In this document: positions 9,505 to 19,759 of the stretch, piece by piece
Layout of the letters: each line of letters starts with the position of its first letter
How positions within the stretch are numbered: the first letter of the stretch is position 1
Assembly (NCBI RefSeq): GCF_018420025.1
Contig: NZ_JAEDAM010000002.1
Span: forward strand, 1 to 27,919
Length of the DNA: 27,919 nucleotides
Direction: 5' to 3'
Source of the DNA: Candidatus Vampirococcus lugosii
GTDB taxonomy: Bacteria; Patescibacteriota; Gracilibacteria; Absconditabacterales; Absconditicoccaceae
Position numbers and translations under genes: made by a program
Notes under the pieces: generated by a model
What the model was told of the DNA's origin: nothing
Seen by the model: only the letters and a program-made list of their open reading frames with translations
Database searches by the model: none

Positions 9505-12500
9505 TTAATTTTTAATTTTTAATTTTGCAATTTCATATTCTATATTTTCAATTTTTTTCTTGATTTCTTTTATTTTATTAGTTTTATCTTCTACTACATT
9601 TGCTGGAGCTTTTTCAATAAATCATGGACTAGAGACAAGATTTCTTAATCATTGCAAAAATTGATTTTCATCTTCCAATTCTTTTTCCAAATTTTTTAAA
9701 ATATCTTTATTAGATAATTTTTTTATTCATCTAAGTCAAAGTTTAGTATCATCAACATATCAAACAGAATAATCATCAGTTATTTCTTTACTTGAATTTG
9801 AATAATTAATTTTTTGAGTTCATACCAAACTAATTAATATTTTTTCATATTTTTTTATAAAATTTATCAAAACAGTATCAGTAGACAATATTATATCTAC
9901 TTTTTCATGAGGTTTAGTATCAGTTTCACTTCTTAAATTTCTATATTCTCATACAATATCCATAAAAATTTTAATTTTAGGATCTCAATCAGAAAAATTT
10001 ATAATTTGTGGAAACTGAGAATTTATTAAATATCATTCAAATCATAACAATGACCAAAGTTTTTCACTAACAAACGGAATATATGGATGCAAAAATTTCA
10101 AAATTGTTCATATTCCATAAATCAAAATCTTGCTAGTATATTCAGATTCTTGAACTTTTGATATTTCTATATACCAATCACAAAAATCATGCCAAGCTAC
10201 TTTAATAATCTCTTGTCCAAACTCTCATAACATAAATTTATCTAAATAATTGTTTCATAATTTTGATAGATTATTTAATTTTCATAATATCCATTTATCA
10301 AAATCATTTAGTTTATCAATATTATCTTTTATATCATCTCTAATTAAATTATAATTTATTGAGATATTTTTATCTCAAGCTAATGCATTCATATAAATAA
10401 ATCTAGATGCATTCCAAAGTTTATTTATAAATCTTTTATTGTAATCTAATTTATCCATAGAAAACTTCATATCATTTCATGGAGTAGTTCATAATATCAA
10501 AGACAATCTTAAGCTATCAGCTCAATATTTTTCTACAATTTCCAAAGGATCAATATTATTTCAAAGTGATTTAGATATTTTTTGTCATTTGTAATCTCTT
10601 ACAAGTCAATGAAGATAAATATTATCAAATGCTTTTTTTCCCATAATTTCATTTCACATCATCATCATTCTAGCTACTCGAAAAAATATTATATCATATC
10701 AAGTTTCCATTACTGTATTTGGGTAATAATCTTTTAAGTCTTGAGTATTTTCTGGCCAACCCAAAATACTAAATGGCCATAAACTAGAACTAAACCAAGT
10801 ATCCAAAACATCTTCATCTTGTTTTAGGTTTTCATCATTACAAGATTTACATACAAAATTAAATTTATAAAACTCAGAATTACCTGTTATATTTGAAGAA
10901 TTATCCAAAATCTCTATTAAATCTTCTCAAATTTGCATTAAATCAGAAGAATCTAAATCAAAACTATTAAATAAATTTAATAATTCATTTACTTGTTCAA
11001 GCTTTTTATTATCATTTTTAAATTTTTCTTGATATATATTAAGATAAGTTTCATATATTTTTCATTCTCTAGGAACTATACTATCTTCAAAAAGAATATT
11101 AATTAAATCTTCTATATTAAACGGATTTTTAAGTTTAGTATCAGCAATAAGATTAAAAATAATCATAGACAAAATTTTCTTTTTATCATCATTTATCAAT
11201 ACATTATCTTCATCAAAAGAATTTTTATGTCAATTTTTACAATACCAAACTGGAATTCTATGACCCCACCAAATTTGTCTTGATATACACCAATGCTTTA
11301 TATTTTCCAACCATTCATAATATATTTTATCAAATCTCTGAGGATATATTTTTGTTTCTCAATCTTTTATAGTTTTTATAGATTTTTGAGCCATTTCATC
11401 AACATCTACGAACCATTGTTTAGATAAAATTGGTTGTATTTTATTATTATATCTTTCAGAATAAGGAATTTGAGTTTCATATCTTTCTATCATTTCTATA
11501 TTTCAAATTTCTTCTAATGTTTGCAAAAAATTAGAATAAACATCTTCCCAATCATAACCTGCAAATTCTCATGCTAGATCAGTAAATTTTCAATTTTTAT
11601 CTATAGAAAAACGATCCATAGGCAAATTATGTCTTTTACCTATTTCAAAATCATTTATATCATGAGTTGGAGTAATTTTTAATGCACCTGTACCAAAAAC
11701 AGTATCAACATACTCATCAGCTATTACTGGAATAGTTCTATTTACAATTGGAATTAAAACATTTTTTCAAATATATTTTTTGTATCTCTTATCTTTTGGA
11801 TTTACAGCAATAGCAACATCAGCAAAAATTGTTTCTGGTCTTACTGTGGCTACAGTAATACTATCTCATTTTCATTCAATAAAGTATCTAATATAATACA
11901 TATTAACTTCTTCAGTTTTATAATTTACTTCTATATCAGAAATTACACTTTTTGATTTGGAACACCAATTAACAATACGATCTCATTTATATATTTTTCA
12001 TTTTTTTTCTAATTCAACAAAAGCTTTTCTAACTGCTCTAGAAAGTCTTTCAGAAAAAGTAAATTGCTCTTTTGATCGATCAACAGAAACTCACATACTA
12101 TTAATTTGAGAAATTATTTTATTTCTAGATTTTTTTGACCAAGTCCAAACTTCTTCTACAAATTTTTCTCTTCATAAATCATATTTTGTAATTCATTTCT
12201 TTTTTAAACTTTTTTCAACTACCGACTGAGTTGCAATTCAAGCATGATCAGTTCAAGGTATATATAAAACATCATAACCAAGCATTCTTGCATGTCTTAT
12301 TATAGCATCTTGAATAGATAACATAAAAGCATGTCCATTATGTAAAATTCAGGTTACATTTGGAGGTGGCATAGATATTGAGAATTTTTTTCAATTTGAA
12401 AAATCTATATTTTTATTATTTTTTGATAAAAATAAATCATTTTCTTTCCAAACTTTATTAATTTCATTTTCTAAATTATGATCATATTTTTTAGGAAAAT

Positions 12501-12507
12501 TTAACAT
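9505..12507 (-). CDS. valS: Valine--tRNA ligase
   Basis: ATG 12507, TAA 9505-9507, 1000 aa with TGA=Gly. Motifs seen: [66 protein letters not shown] (KMSKS), GADSLRL, and a C-terminal coiled coil. Confidence 0.95.
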
Positions 12508-12779
12508 AATATTTTAATTATAAAATATATAAATAATTTTAATCTACAAGTTATTTTAAACAAAAAAATGTATATACTAGTTTTATATAGTTTTATATAA
12601 AATTTTCAAGTGTTTTTGAATTTTTGTGTACAGACAATATTAAATTGTAATTATAATAATAATATTTTTAATAAATAATATTCATTAAAAAAAGTACTTG
12701 CAAATATAATTAAAAAACTTATATCACTCATTACATTGATGTATCATAATAAAAACATAATATTACTAAACTAAAAAAT

Positions 12780-12918
12780 ATAATGTATGCCTGGTTAGAA
12801 GTAGTTGAATATATATTACATAATTGAAAATTTTTCCGAAATAGAAATCAAAGAAAACAACTACAGAATCAACAAAATTCACTCTTTTCTTTAATTTAGG
12901 TGCAGAAGATTAGAATAA
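12780..12918 (+). promoter_or_regulatory. Conserved non-coding leader/upstream element, copy B (partner 8161-8292 on - strand)
   Basis: It has the same sequence blocks as copy A plus an 8-nt insertion near the 5' end. It lies about 90 nt upstream of, and co-oriented with, the small lipoprotein gene at 13009. Confidence 0.55.
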
Positions 12919-13008
12919 TTTTCTCTTGATTTTTTGTCTTTTTTATATAGTATGTTCCTTACTTCAATAAATATTTTTGAAGCTTTTTAGATTATAAAAT
13001 TGAAAATT

Positions 13009-13158
13009 ATGAAATATATGTTATTGATGTTCTTGTGATTATTATTTTTAGGTTGATGTACTATGACAGATACTGAAACAGATACAGATACAGATACTGA
13101 AACAACTACAGATACTGAAACAACTACAGATACTGAAACAGAAGGTACAGAAGATTAA
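13009..13158 (+). CDS. Small lipoprotein with Thr/Asp/Glu repeats
   Basis: ATG 13009, TAA 13156-13158, 49 aa: MKYMLLMFLGLLFLGGC (lipobox LGGC) followed by TDTETDTDTDTETTTDTETTTDTETEGTED. A terminator hairpin follows. Confidence 0.6.
13069..13140 (+). repeat. In-frame tandem repeats (GATACTGAAACA / 18-bp GATACTGAAACAACTACA units)
   Basis: GATACTGAAACAACTACA is repeated head-to-tail at 13093-13110 and 13111-13128, flanked by further GATACTGAAACA units. These encode the TDTE repeats of the lipoprotein. Confidence 0.8.
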
Positions 13159-13178
13159 AAATTTTAAATTGATTATAT

Positions 13179-13219
13179 AAAAATATTAGTGATAGTAAAT
13201 TACTAATATTTTTTTGTTT
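13179..13219 (+). terminator. Rho-independent terminator after the small lipoprotein gene
   Basis: 12-bp stem AAAAATATTAGT (13179-13190) / ACTAATATTTTT (13202-13213), an 11-nt loop, and a trailing T-rich run. Confidence 0.55.
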
Positions 13220-13294
13220 AAAATAATCTTGAAAGAAATGATAAATTATATATAATAAAAAATATTTAATTTTAAATTAAAAACTATTTAGATT

Positions 13295-13786
13295 ATGTTT
13301 AATAAAAAAATATTTTTTGTAATATTGATATTAATATTTTCATTATCTTTTTCTTTTGCACAAGATTGGCATATAATACCATGAGGTTGAAGTAATGTTG
13401 ATCTTGAAGATTGAGAAATAGTTGATCCATGAGAAATAGTAGAAAAAGTTTCTAATCCTGATAGGGAAGCAGATGAAACTGTATGGAGTAAATATGATGA
13501 AGAATATAATAAAATAGAAGATGATTTATGAACTCAATTTGCTACTGGTATTATGGGCTGGAATACTATTTTAAATTTTGCAGCACATTTAGTGAATCGA
13601 ATGTCAAATGTTTGACTTGTAATTTGAGCTTTAATGATTATATATTCTTGATATATATATGCAAGTGCAGTAATTACTGGTAATTCTAGTAGATGATCTG
13701 AACCAGTAAAAAATGCTATTATTTGAATTGTTATAATTATATTTTCATATGCAATAATGAGAATTATAACTTATATGTTTTTGTAA
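13295..13786 (+). CDS. Secreted two-TM protein resembling VirB2/TrbC-type (T4SS) pilins common in CPR bacteria
   Basis: ATG 13295, TAA 13784-13786, 163 aa. Signal peptide MFNKKIFFVILILIFSLSFSFAQD, an acidic spacer, then WNTILNFAAHLVNRMSNVGLVIGALMIIYSGYIYASAVITGNSSRGSEPVKNAIIGIVIIIFSYAIMRII. That is a helix - small polar loop - helix layout, as in T4SS pilin-family proteins. Confidence 0.55.
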
Positions 13787-13819
13787 AAACTTTTTATATT
13801 AAATAATTTAAATATATTA

Positions 13820-14371
13820 ATGAAAATAGATACATCTAATGTTAAAAAATGAACAGTTTTAAATTTGGAGTGAAAATTGTATAAAGTAGTAGATACTTAT
13901 CATACACATACTTGAAGATGAAGTGCAACTTATGGATTTAAAGTTAAAAATATTTTGGATTGATCTACTAATACATTTACTTACAAATCTTGAACAACTC
14001 TAGAAAGTGCTGATGTAAGTACAAAAAATGCAGTATATTTATATAATACATGAGATACTTATTCGTTTATGGAAAATGATACAGCTGAAATATATGATAT
14101 AGATGCTAATACTATTGAAGATATAGTTCCTTATCTTAAAGAAAATTTGGATATATTTCTTATGATTTATGAAGAAAATGTGATATGAGTTATATTACCA
14201 GCTACTATTGATTATATAATAAAAGATACTATGCCATGAACTAGATGAGATAGAGCAACTGCTAGCAAAAAACCAGCTACTTTGGATAATTGATTGGAAG
14301 TTATGGTAGCAGAACATAAAAAGATATGAGATACTGTTGTTGTTAATACTTCTACACTTGAAACGAAATAA
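13820..14371 (+). CDS. efp: Translation elongation factor P
   Basis: ATG 13820, TAA 14369-14371, 183 aa. Motifs seen: KKGTVLNLEGKLYKVVDTYHTHTGRGSATYGFKVKNILDGS and PGTRGDRATASKKPATLDNGLEV, the EF-P family pattern. Confidence 0.93.
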
Positions 14372-14417
14372 ATAATTTTTTTAAAAATATCTTTAATATT
14401 AAAGATTAAATAATTAG

Positions 14418-15074
14418 ATGCAAAAATATTATAAAATAATATTAATAATAAAAACTATATTTTTATTGATTTCTTGAGTACTTTTTTTTGTATTATGATT
14501 AACTCAAAATTCTTGAGAATTATATGGAGGGAAAAATAATATAATTTTTTTGGTAGATTTATCATTAGATAATGAACAACTTGATGATGATAGGGATTTT
14601 ATTTTAAATTATGTAAATAAAATAAATAATTGACAAAAAGTATGATTGATAATATATGAAGATTGAAGTAATTATGAAATACCAGCTACAAATGATTTAC
14701 AAACATATAAAGAATATATATATGCATTGTCTGTTTGATGAGTTTCTATACCTTCAAATAAAGATTATGAATACATATGAATAGATAATGCACTAAATAA
14801 TTTTAATTTAAATTCTAAAGAATCTGATATATGAGTTATTTTATGATGAAATGTTTTATCAATAAATCAAGATGTATTAAATAGTATTAAATCAAAAAAT
14901 CAAAAAATACATTATGTTTCTGATATACAAGTATCAAATGATTTAAATTGAAAATATTTTAAATATTGAGAATATAGTATGTTGTTTGAACAAAAAGTAT
15001 GATTACAAATTGATTCTGAAAAAAAAGATTTATTAAAATTTATAGCACGATTTACAGGAATTTTATGAATATAA
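14418..15074 (+). CDS. Membrane-anchored VWA-like protein with degenerate MIDAS (BatA-like)
   Basis: ATG 14418, TAA 15072-15074, 218 aa. N-terminal TM IILIIKTIFLLISGVLFFVLGL, then the VWA-type strand/helix pattern IIFLVDLSLDNE...QKVGLIIYEDGSNYEIPATND...LSVGGVSI...DIGVILGGN. The DxSxS motif is not intact. Confidence 0.5.
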
Positions 15075-15083
15075 ATAAACAGT

Positions 15084-15515
15084 ATGTATGAAATAGTATT
15101 TAATACTTCACCAAATATATTAAATTATATAACTATAAATATAATATTATTAATTATTATTTATATAATATTTTTTTTGAGTATATTTTTTTTTATATTT
15201 GTATCAATAAAATTAGTTGAAAATTTAATTATGTATAGAAAAATAGATGAAAATAATAAAGAATTTATAGAAAATATTAAAAAATATTATTTGGAAAAAT
15301 TAAAAAATTATGAATGAAATGAATTTATAAAATATTTTGTTTCATATATAGAAAAAATTATGATTAAAAATCAATATAAATCTATAGAAGATGTTTTATC
15401 TAAAATATGAATAAATAACGAAATTATACAAGAAATTGAAGAAATTATATATAATAATAAATCTTTGGATAAAGATACAGAAAATATTATTAGATCTAAA
15501 TTGAAAAATTTATAA
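15084..15515 (+). CDS. Single-TM membrane protein (hypothetical; possibly DUF4381-like)
   Basis: ATG 15084, TAA 15513-15515, 143 aa. TM INIILLIIIYIIFFLSIFFFIFV followed by a K/E-rich helical tail. The ORF track stops at the TGA after residue 77. Confidence 0.6.
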
Positions 15516-15624
15516 ATGTTTTCTAAAAATTATTTACTATTATAAAATTATTTAAATTAATTTATATTTTGTAAATAATAAATATAATTTTTTAAAATAA
15601 TATATATATTAATAAAATATTAAA

Positions 15625-17460
15625 ATGAATATACAAGATTTAGTCTCAAATATTTTACTTTTTCCAGAAGATAAAATAACAGCTGATTTAATTGTAGAAC
15701 AAAAAAAAGAATTTTCAAAAAAAAATAATCTTAAATCAATTCCTACAAATATGGAATTACTTTCTGTATACAATAATATGCTTGATGAATGAAAAATAAA
15801 AGAAAATAAAGCAATAAAAATTGCATTAAGAAAAAGATGAATAAGAAGTCAATCTTGAATTGTTCCAGTACAAGTTTTGACAAAACCTTTTCCTTGTCCT
15901 GGTAAATGTATATTTTGTCCAGATGATGCAACTATGCCAAAAAGTTATATAAATACAGAACCATGAGCTATGAGAGCACTTTTGAATCAATTTGATCCTA
16001 TTAAACAAGTTTATAATAGATTGCTTTCTCTTACTATGACTTGACATGATGTAGATAAAATAGAAATAATAGTACTATGATGAACTTGGGATTCTTATCC
16101 AGATAATTATAAAAAACAGTTTATTAAATCTTTATTTGATGCTTGTAATACTTTTTTTGAATTTAAAAATCAAACAAAAATAAAAGTTAATAATCCTAAA
16201 TTTTCAAAATATACAATAACAGATGATTTAAATATAAATTATCCTAAAACATTACAAGAATCTCATGAAATAAATGAAAATTCAGAATGTAGAATTATAT
16301 GACTTACTGTAGAAACTAGACCAGAATTTGTTAATGATAAAAATTGTCAATTATGGAGAGAGTTATGAATTACTAGATTGGAAATATGAATTCAAAATAT
16401 GTTTGATGATGTTTTATTAGCAAATGAAAGATGAAATACAGTACAAGAATCTAGATTTGCACTTCATAAATTAAGACAATATTGATTTAAATTTTCTTGT
16501 CATTTTATGCCAGGTCTATATAAATCTACTATACAAAAAGATATAAAAACTATGGAATTAGCTTATTCTGATATTTTTATAAAACCTGATGAAATAAAAT
16601 TTTATCCAACTTCTGTTATTGCAAATACTAAACTTTATGATTTATGGAAATCTTGAGAATATAAACCATTAACTAGCGAAGAAATAAAATATATTACCAA
16701 AAAAGTACAAGTTGATATAGTTCCTTCCTATTCTAGAATTAAAAGACTTATTAGAGATATACCCGAAACTGAAATTGTTGCTGGTAGTAATATTACTAAT
16801 TTGAGACAAATTGTTATGAATGATATGGATTTGGAATACAAAAAAGATTATGAATTAAGAAAATTACATTATAAAAAAATGTATCCAAATATGAAAATAT
16901 TAGATAATCTTTATGATTTTTTTGATATAGAAAAAGAAAAAAATGAAGAAGAAATAACTTATATTATTTCTGGTGAGCCAGATTTATTTTCTAGTAGAAA
17001 TTTTGTTGCTATAGATACTAGATCTAGAGAAATTTCAAATAGAAAATTAATTAATTGAGAAGATTTTTTAGTTGTAAGAAAATATAAATCTTCAGTATGA
17101 AGTGAATACTTTATTAGTTTTGAAGATAAACTTTGATATTTATATTGATTTACAAGATTATTATTACCAAAAAATGAAAATACTGTCCAATATACTTGAT
17201 TGTGAAAAAATACAGCTTTGATAAGAGAATTACATGTTTATTGACAAGTTGCAAAAATTAATGAAAAACTAAAAAATGCTTTTCAACATACTTGATTTTG
17301 AACTAGACTTATGGAAATTGCTGAAAAACTTTCATTATCCAAATGATATACAAAAATATCTGTAATATCATGAATTTGAGTGAGATGATACTACAAAAAA
17401 ATTTGATATCATTTGGAATGAACTTATATGCTTAAATATTTATCTCCAGTCAACAATTAA
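15625..17460 (+). CDS. elp3: Bacterial Elp3 homologue (radical-SAM/GNAT tRNA U34 modification enzyme)
   Basis: ATG 15625, TAA 17458-17460, 611 aa. Radical-SAM CxxxCxxC in FPCPGKCIFCPDD, then VLGGTWDSYP, GLTVETRPEF, TRLEIGIQN, IKFYPTSV, and a C-terminal GNAT-like region ALIRELHVYGQV...HTGFGTRLMEIAEKL. Confidence 0.88.
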
Positions 17461-17814
17461 TTTTAATACTGTCCCTCAATTATCATAATTTCTATCGTGT
17501 AATCTAACTGTTATTTGTCTTCATTTATTCCTATTTAATATAGGAATTTGGCTTTGTTGTCAATCTTGATTTATTCTTAAATAATTTCAATCGTATTCAA
17601 AAGAAATATTTACACTTTTGCTCCTTCTTCAATCTTGAAAAACTAATGTTCAAGTTGAGCTTGAATTTATATTTACATTAGTTGACAAGTTTCTATTATA
17701 TAAAGATAAAGTTTCATCTTTAGTTTTCCAACTTCATGGTTCCAATAATTTTCATCCAAGTCTCGTATATTTATGTTCTCATCATAATATTTGAATAAAT
17801 ACTTGATTTGGCAT
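17440..17814 (-). CDS. Hypothetical protein (beta-rich, no recognised family)
   Basis: ATG 17814, TAA 17440-17442, 124 aa: MPNQVFIQILGGEHKYTRLGGKLLEPGSWKTKDETLSLYNRN...VRLHDRNYDNGGTVLKLIVDWR. Its 3' end overlaps the convergent elp3 by 21 nt. The start choice is uncertain. Confidence 0.5.
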
Positions 17815-17842
17815 AACTTCTCTTTGTTCGTAAGTTATATGT

Positions 17843-18172
17843 CTATCTGATCAATTCGGTCTTTGTGTTGTATTTCTTAATCTCCTTATATTCCAAAATT
17901 TTTATTTTTTCTTCAAAATTGTTTGTCCTTCTTAATTGTCTTTCTGCATTTTGAATTTCTTGTTCAATTCCATATGAATTTGTTCTTTGTAAATTTTGAG
18001 AATTTGTAGTATGTCTCAAATTATTGTTTGACGGATAATCATCTGATTTTATCATTGTAACATTACATCAAGAAAGACATAATGATAATGCTAATGTTGC
18101 ACTAGTTAATTTATTTGAATTTTTTTCAAAATTATCTCAATTTTTTTCAAAATTATCTCAATTATTAATCAT
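17843..18172 (-). CDS. Lipoprotein (hypothetical)
   Basis: ATG 18172, TAG 17843-17845, 109 aa. MINNGDNFEKNGDNFEKNSNKLTSATLALSLCLSGCNV has the lipobox LSGC, followed by a polar Q/N/R/E-rich region. Confidence 0.6.
18121..18162. repeat. Perfect 21-bp tandem duplication inside the lipoprotein 5' end
   Basis: TTTTTTCAAAATTATCTCAAT occurs at 18121-18141 and again at 18142-18162. It is in frame and duplicates the heptapeptide NGDNFEK. Confidence 0.9.
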
Positions 18173-18205
18173 TATTTTTTATTGTTTATCAAATTAAATA
18201 TATAT

Positions 18206-18877
18206 TTATATATATAAATAATTTGTTTTGTCAATATTTAATGAAGATTTAATGTTTTTTGCAATTGGAATTCATTCTTTTGAATATCAAGATAAAACTT
18301 CTTCTTTTGTTAATAAAAAAGAATTTGGTGAATTAAGTAATTTGTTTATAGTTGATTTGCTTAGTTTATTATCCAAAATAATATCAAAATAGTTCCAAAT
18401 ATAATAAGTTATAACTCAAGGAATTCTATTTGAATATCATTTTCATAAAATAGTTCATTTATAAAATTCTTCTGTTCATATTAAGTCATAAAACTTAAGT
18501 ATAGAATCTTTTTGATTTTCTATTTTTTCAAAACATAATTCTTCATTTAATTCTCTTAATACTGAAAATTCATATAATAATATATTTTCACAAATTAAAA
18601 TATCTAAAATTTGTTGTATATTTTCTTCTCTGATAAAGAATCTAGCATCATAAAATCAATTTTCATTTACAAAAAAATCTTTGCAACCTAAATTTAATAA
18701 ATAATCTATATTATAAATTTCAGCTCATCAACCTATACTAGTAATTACTTTTTTTCATTTATTTTCATAATCGTTTTTATTTAATATACCAAATAATTTT
18801 CATTGTATATTTCTTACAAAATTTGAAATAGATATTCTAACATCTAAATTAGATCTTTTGTAATTATTTTTTTCCAT
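18206..18877 (-). CDS. Hypothetical cytoplasmic protein
   Basis: ATG 18877, TAA 18206-18208, 223 aa and open only with TGA=Gly. Contains KKVITSIGGGAEIYNIDYLLNLGCKDFFVNENG. I cannot place it in a family with confidence. Confidence 0.65.
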
Positions 18878-19101
18878 AATTATTATATTATAAATAAATT
18901 ATAGCAATTGTTATTATTTTAAAAACTTTTTTAAAATTTTCAAGTTAAATATTTCTCTTTTTGTTTTTTTATTTGACAATTACATATTTATTTTTGCTTT
19001 TTTACTATTTAAATTACAAAAAATATACATTATAATTTGACATTTTTGTATTGACTATATATAATGTACTTATCTTTATTTAAAGTAATAAATATAATCA
19101 T

Positions 19102-19434
19102 ATGTTTGATATAAATAAAAGAAAAATTTTATTTGATAGTTTGAGTTATGAAGGCAAGAGAGTAAGGATTTTGTCTATGCTTGAAATTATTAAAGAAGAT
19201 TGAAATATATTTGATGAGCTTTATAATATATTATCTGAAAAAAATGTAGAACAAGATGTTCTTTATGAAATTCATATTACTATCTTGGAAGCTATATACC
19301 AAATTGATGTAGAAAAAATGGAAGAATCTTTGTCTAATTTGGAAAAATTAAGTAATAGTTTGTCTGAAATAAAAGAAAAAGAAAAAAAAGATGATATGAA
19401 AGAAGAACCTGATATGTTGTTAAATCATTTATAA
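19102..19434 (+). CDS. Hypothetical small acidic helical protein
   Basis: ATG 19102, TAA 19432-19434, 110 aa: MFDINKRKILFDSLSYEGKRVRILSMLEIIKEDGNIFDELYNILSEKN... with a K/E-rich tail. Confidence 0.6.
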
Positions 19435-19455
19435 ATATAATTAAAACATAAAAAA

Positions 19456-19638
19456 ATGGAAAATATGAACAATAGAGAAGTAAATGAAATTAATGAAAAT
19501 CCTGCAGAATTAGATTCAGTAGAAAGAGAATGACTACAAAATTTAAAAGAATCTCCAAAAATATTAGAAGAATGTGCAAATAATTTAAAACAAGCTCTTA
19601 CTTGAAAACTTGATTTAAGTGGTTTACCTGATAGATAA
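19456..19638 (+). CDS. Hypothetical small protein
   Basis: ATG 19456, TAA 19636-19638, 60 aa: MENMNNREVNEINENPAELDSVEREGLQNLKESPKILEECANNLKQALTGKLDLSGLPDR. It starts 21 nt after the preceding gene. Confidence 0.5.
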
Positions 19639-19759
19639 AGAGCTAAAGTTTTTGTATTTTATTAAGTTTTTTGAATTTAAATTTAAAAATAATTTTTGTG
19701 TTGAAAAATAAATTTAAATTGTAAATAATAAATATTTTTATATTTTATTTAATTTTTTT

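Noticed and set aside
12783-12899. 38-codon ORF (MYAWLEVVEYILHNGKFFRNRNQRKQLQ...) inside conserved element B
   Set aside because: The equivalent frame in copy A stops after four codons (ATG TAT ACA TGG TAG). The copies also differ by an 8-nt indel, so the conservation is not at the protein level.
13069-13140. Short tandem repeats (13069-13140 and 18121-18162) as CRISPR-like or satellite arrays
   Set aside because: The units are contiguous with no spacers, in frame, and lie inside coding sequences. They encode peptide repeats.
19674-19720. AT-only inverted repeats (AATTTAAATTT...AAATTTAAATT at 19674-19720; palindrome ATCTTTAATATTAAAGAT at 14389-14406) as terminators or operators
   Set aside because: Stems made only of A/T pairs are weak and are expected by chance at this base composition. 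No T-tract follows them, so I did not call them as features.
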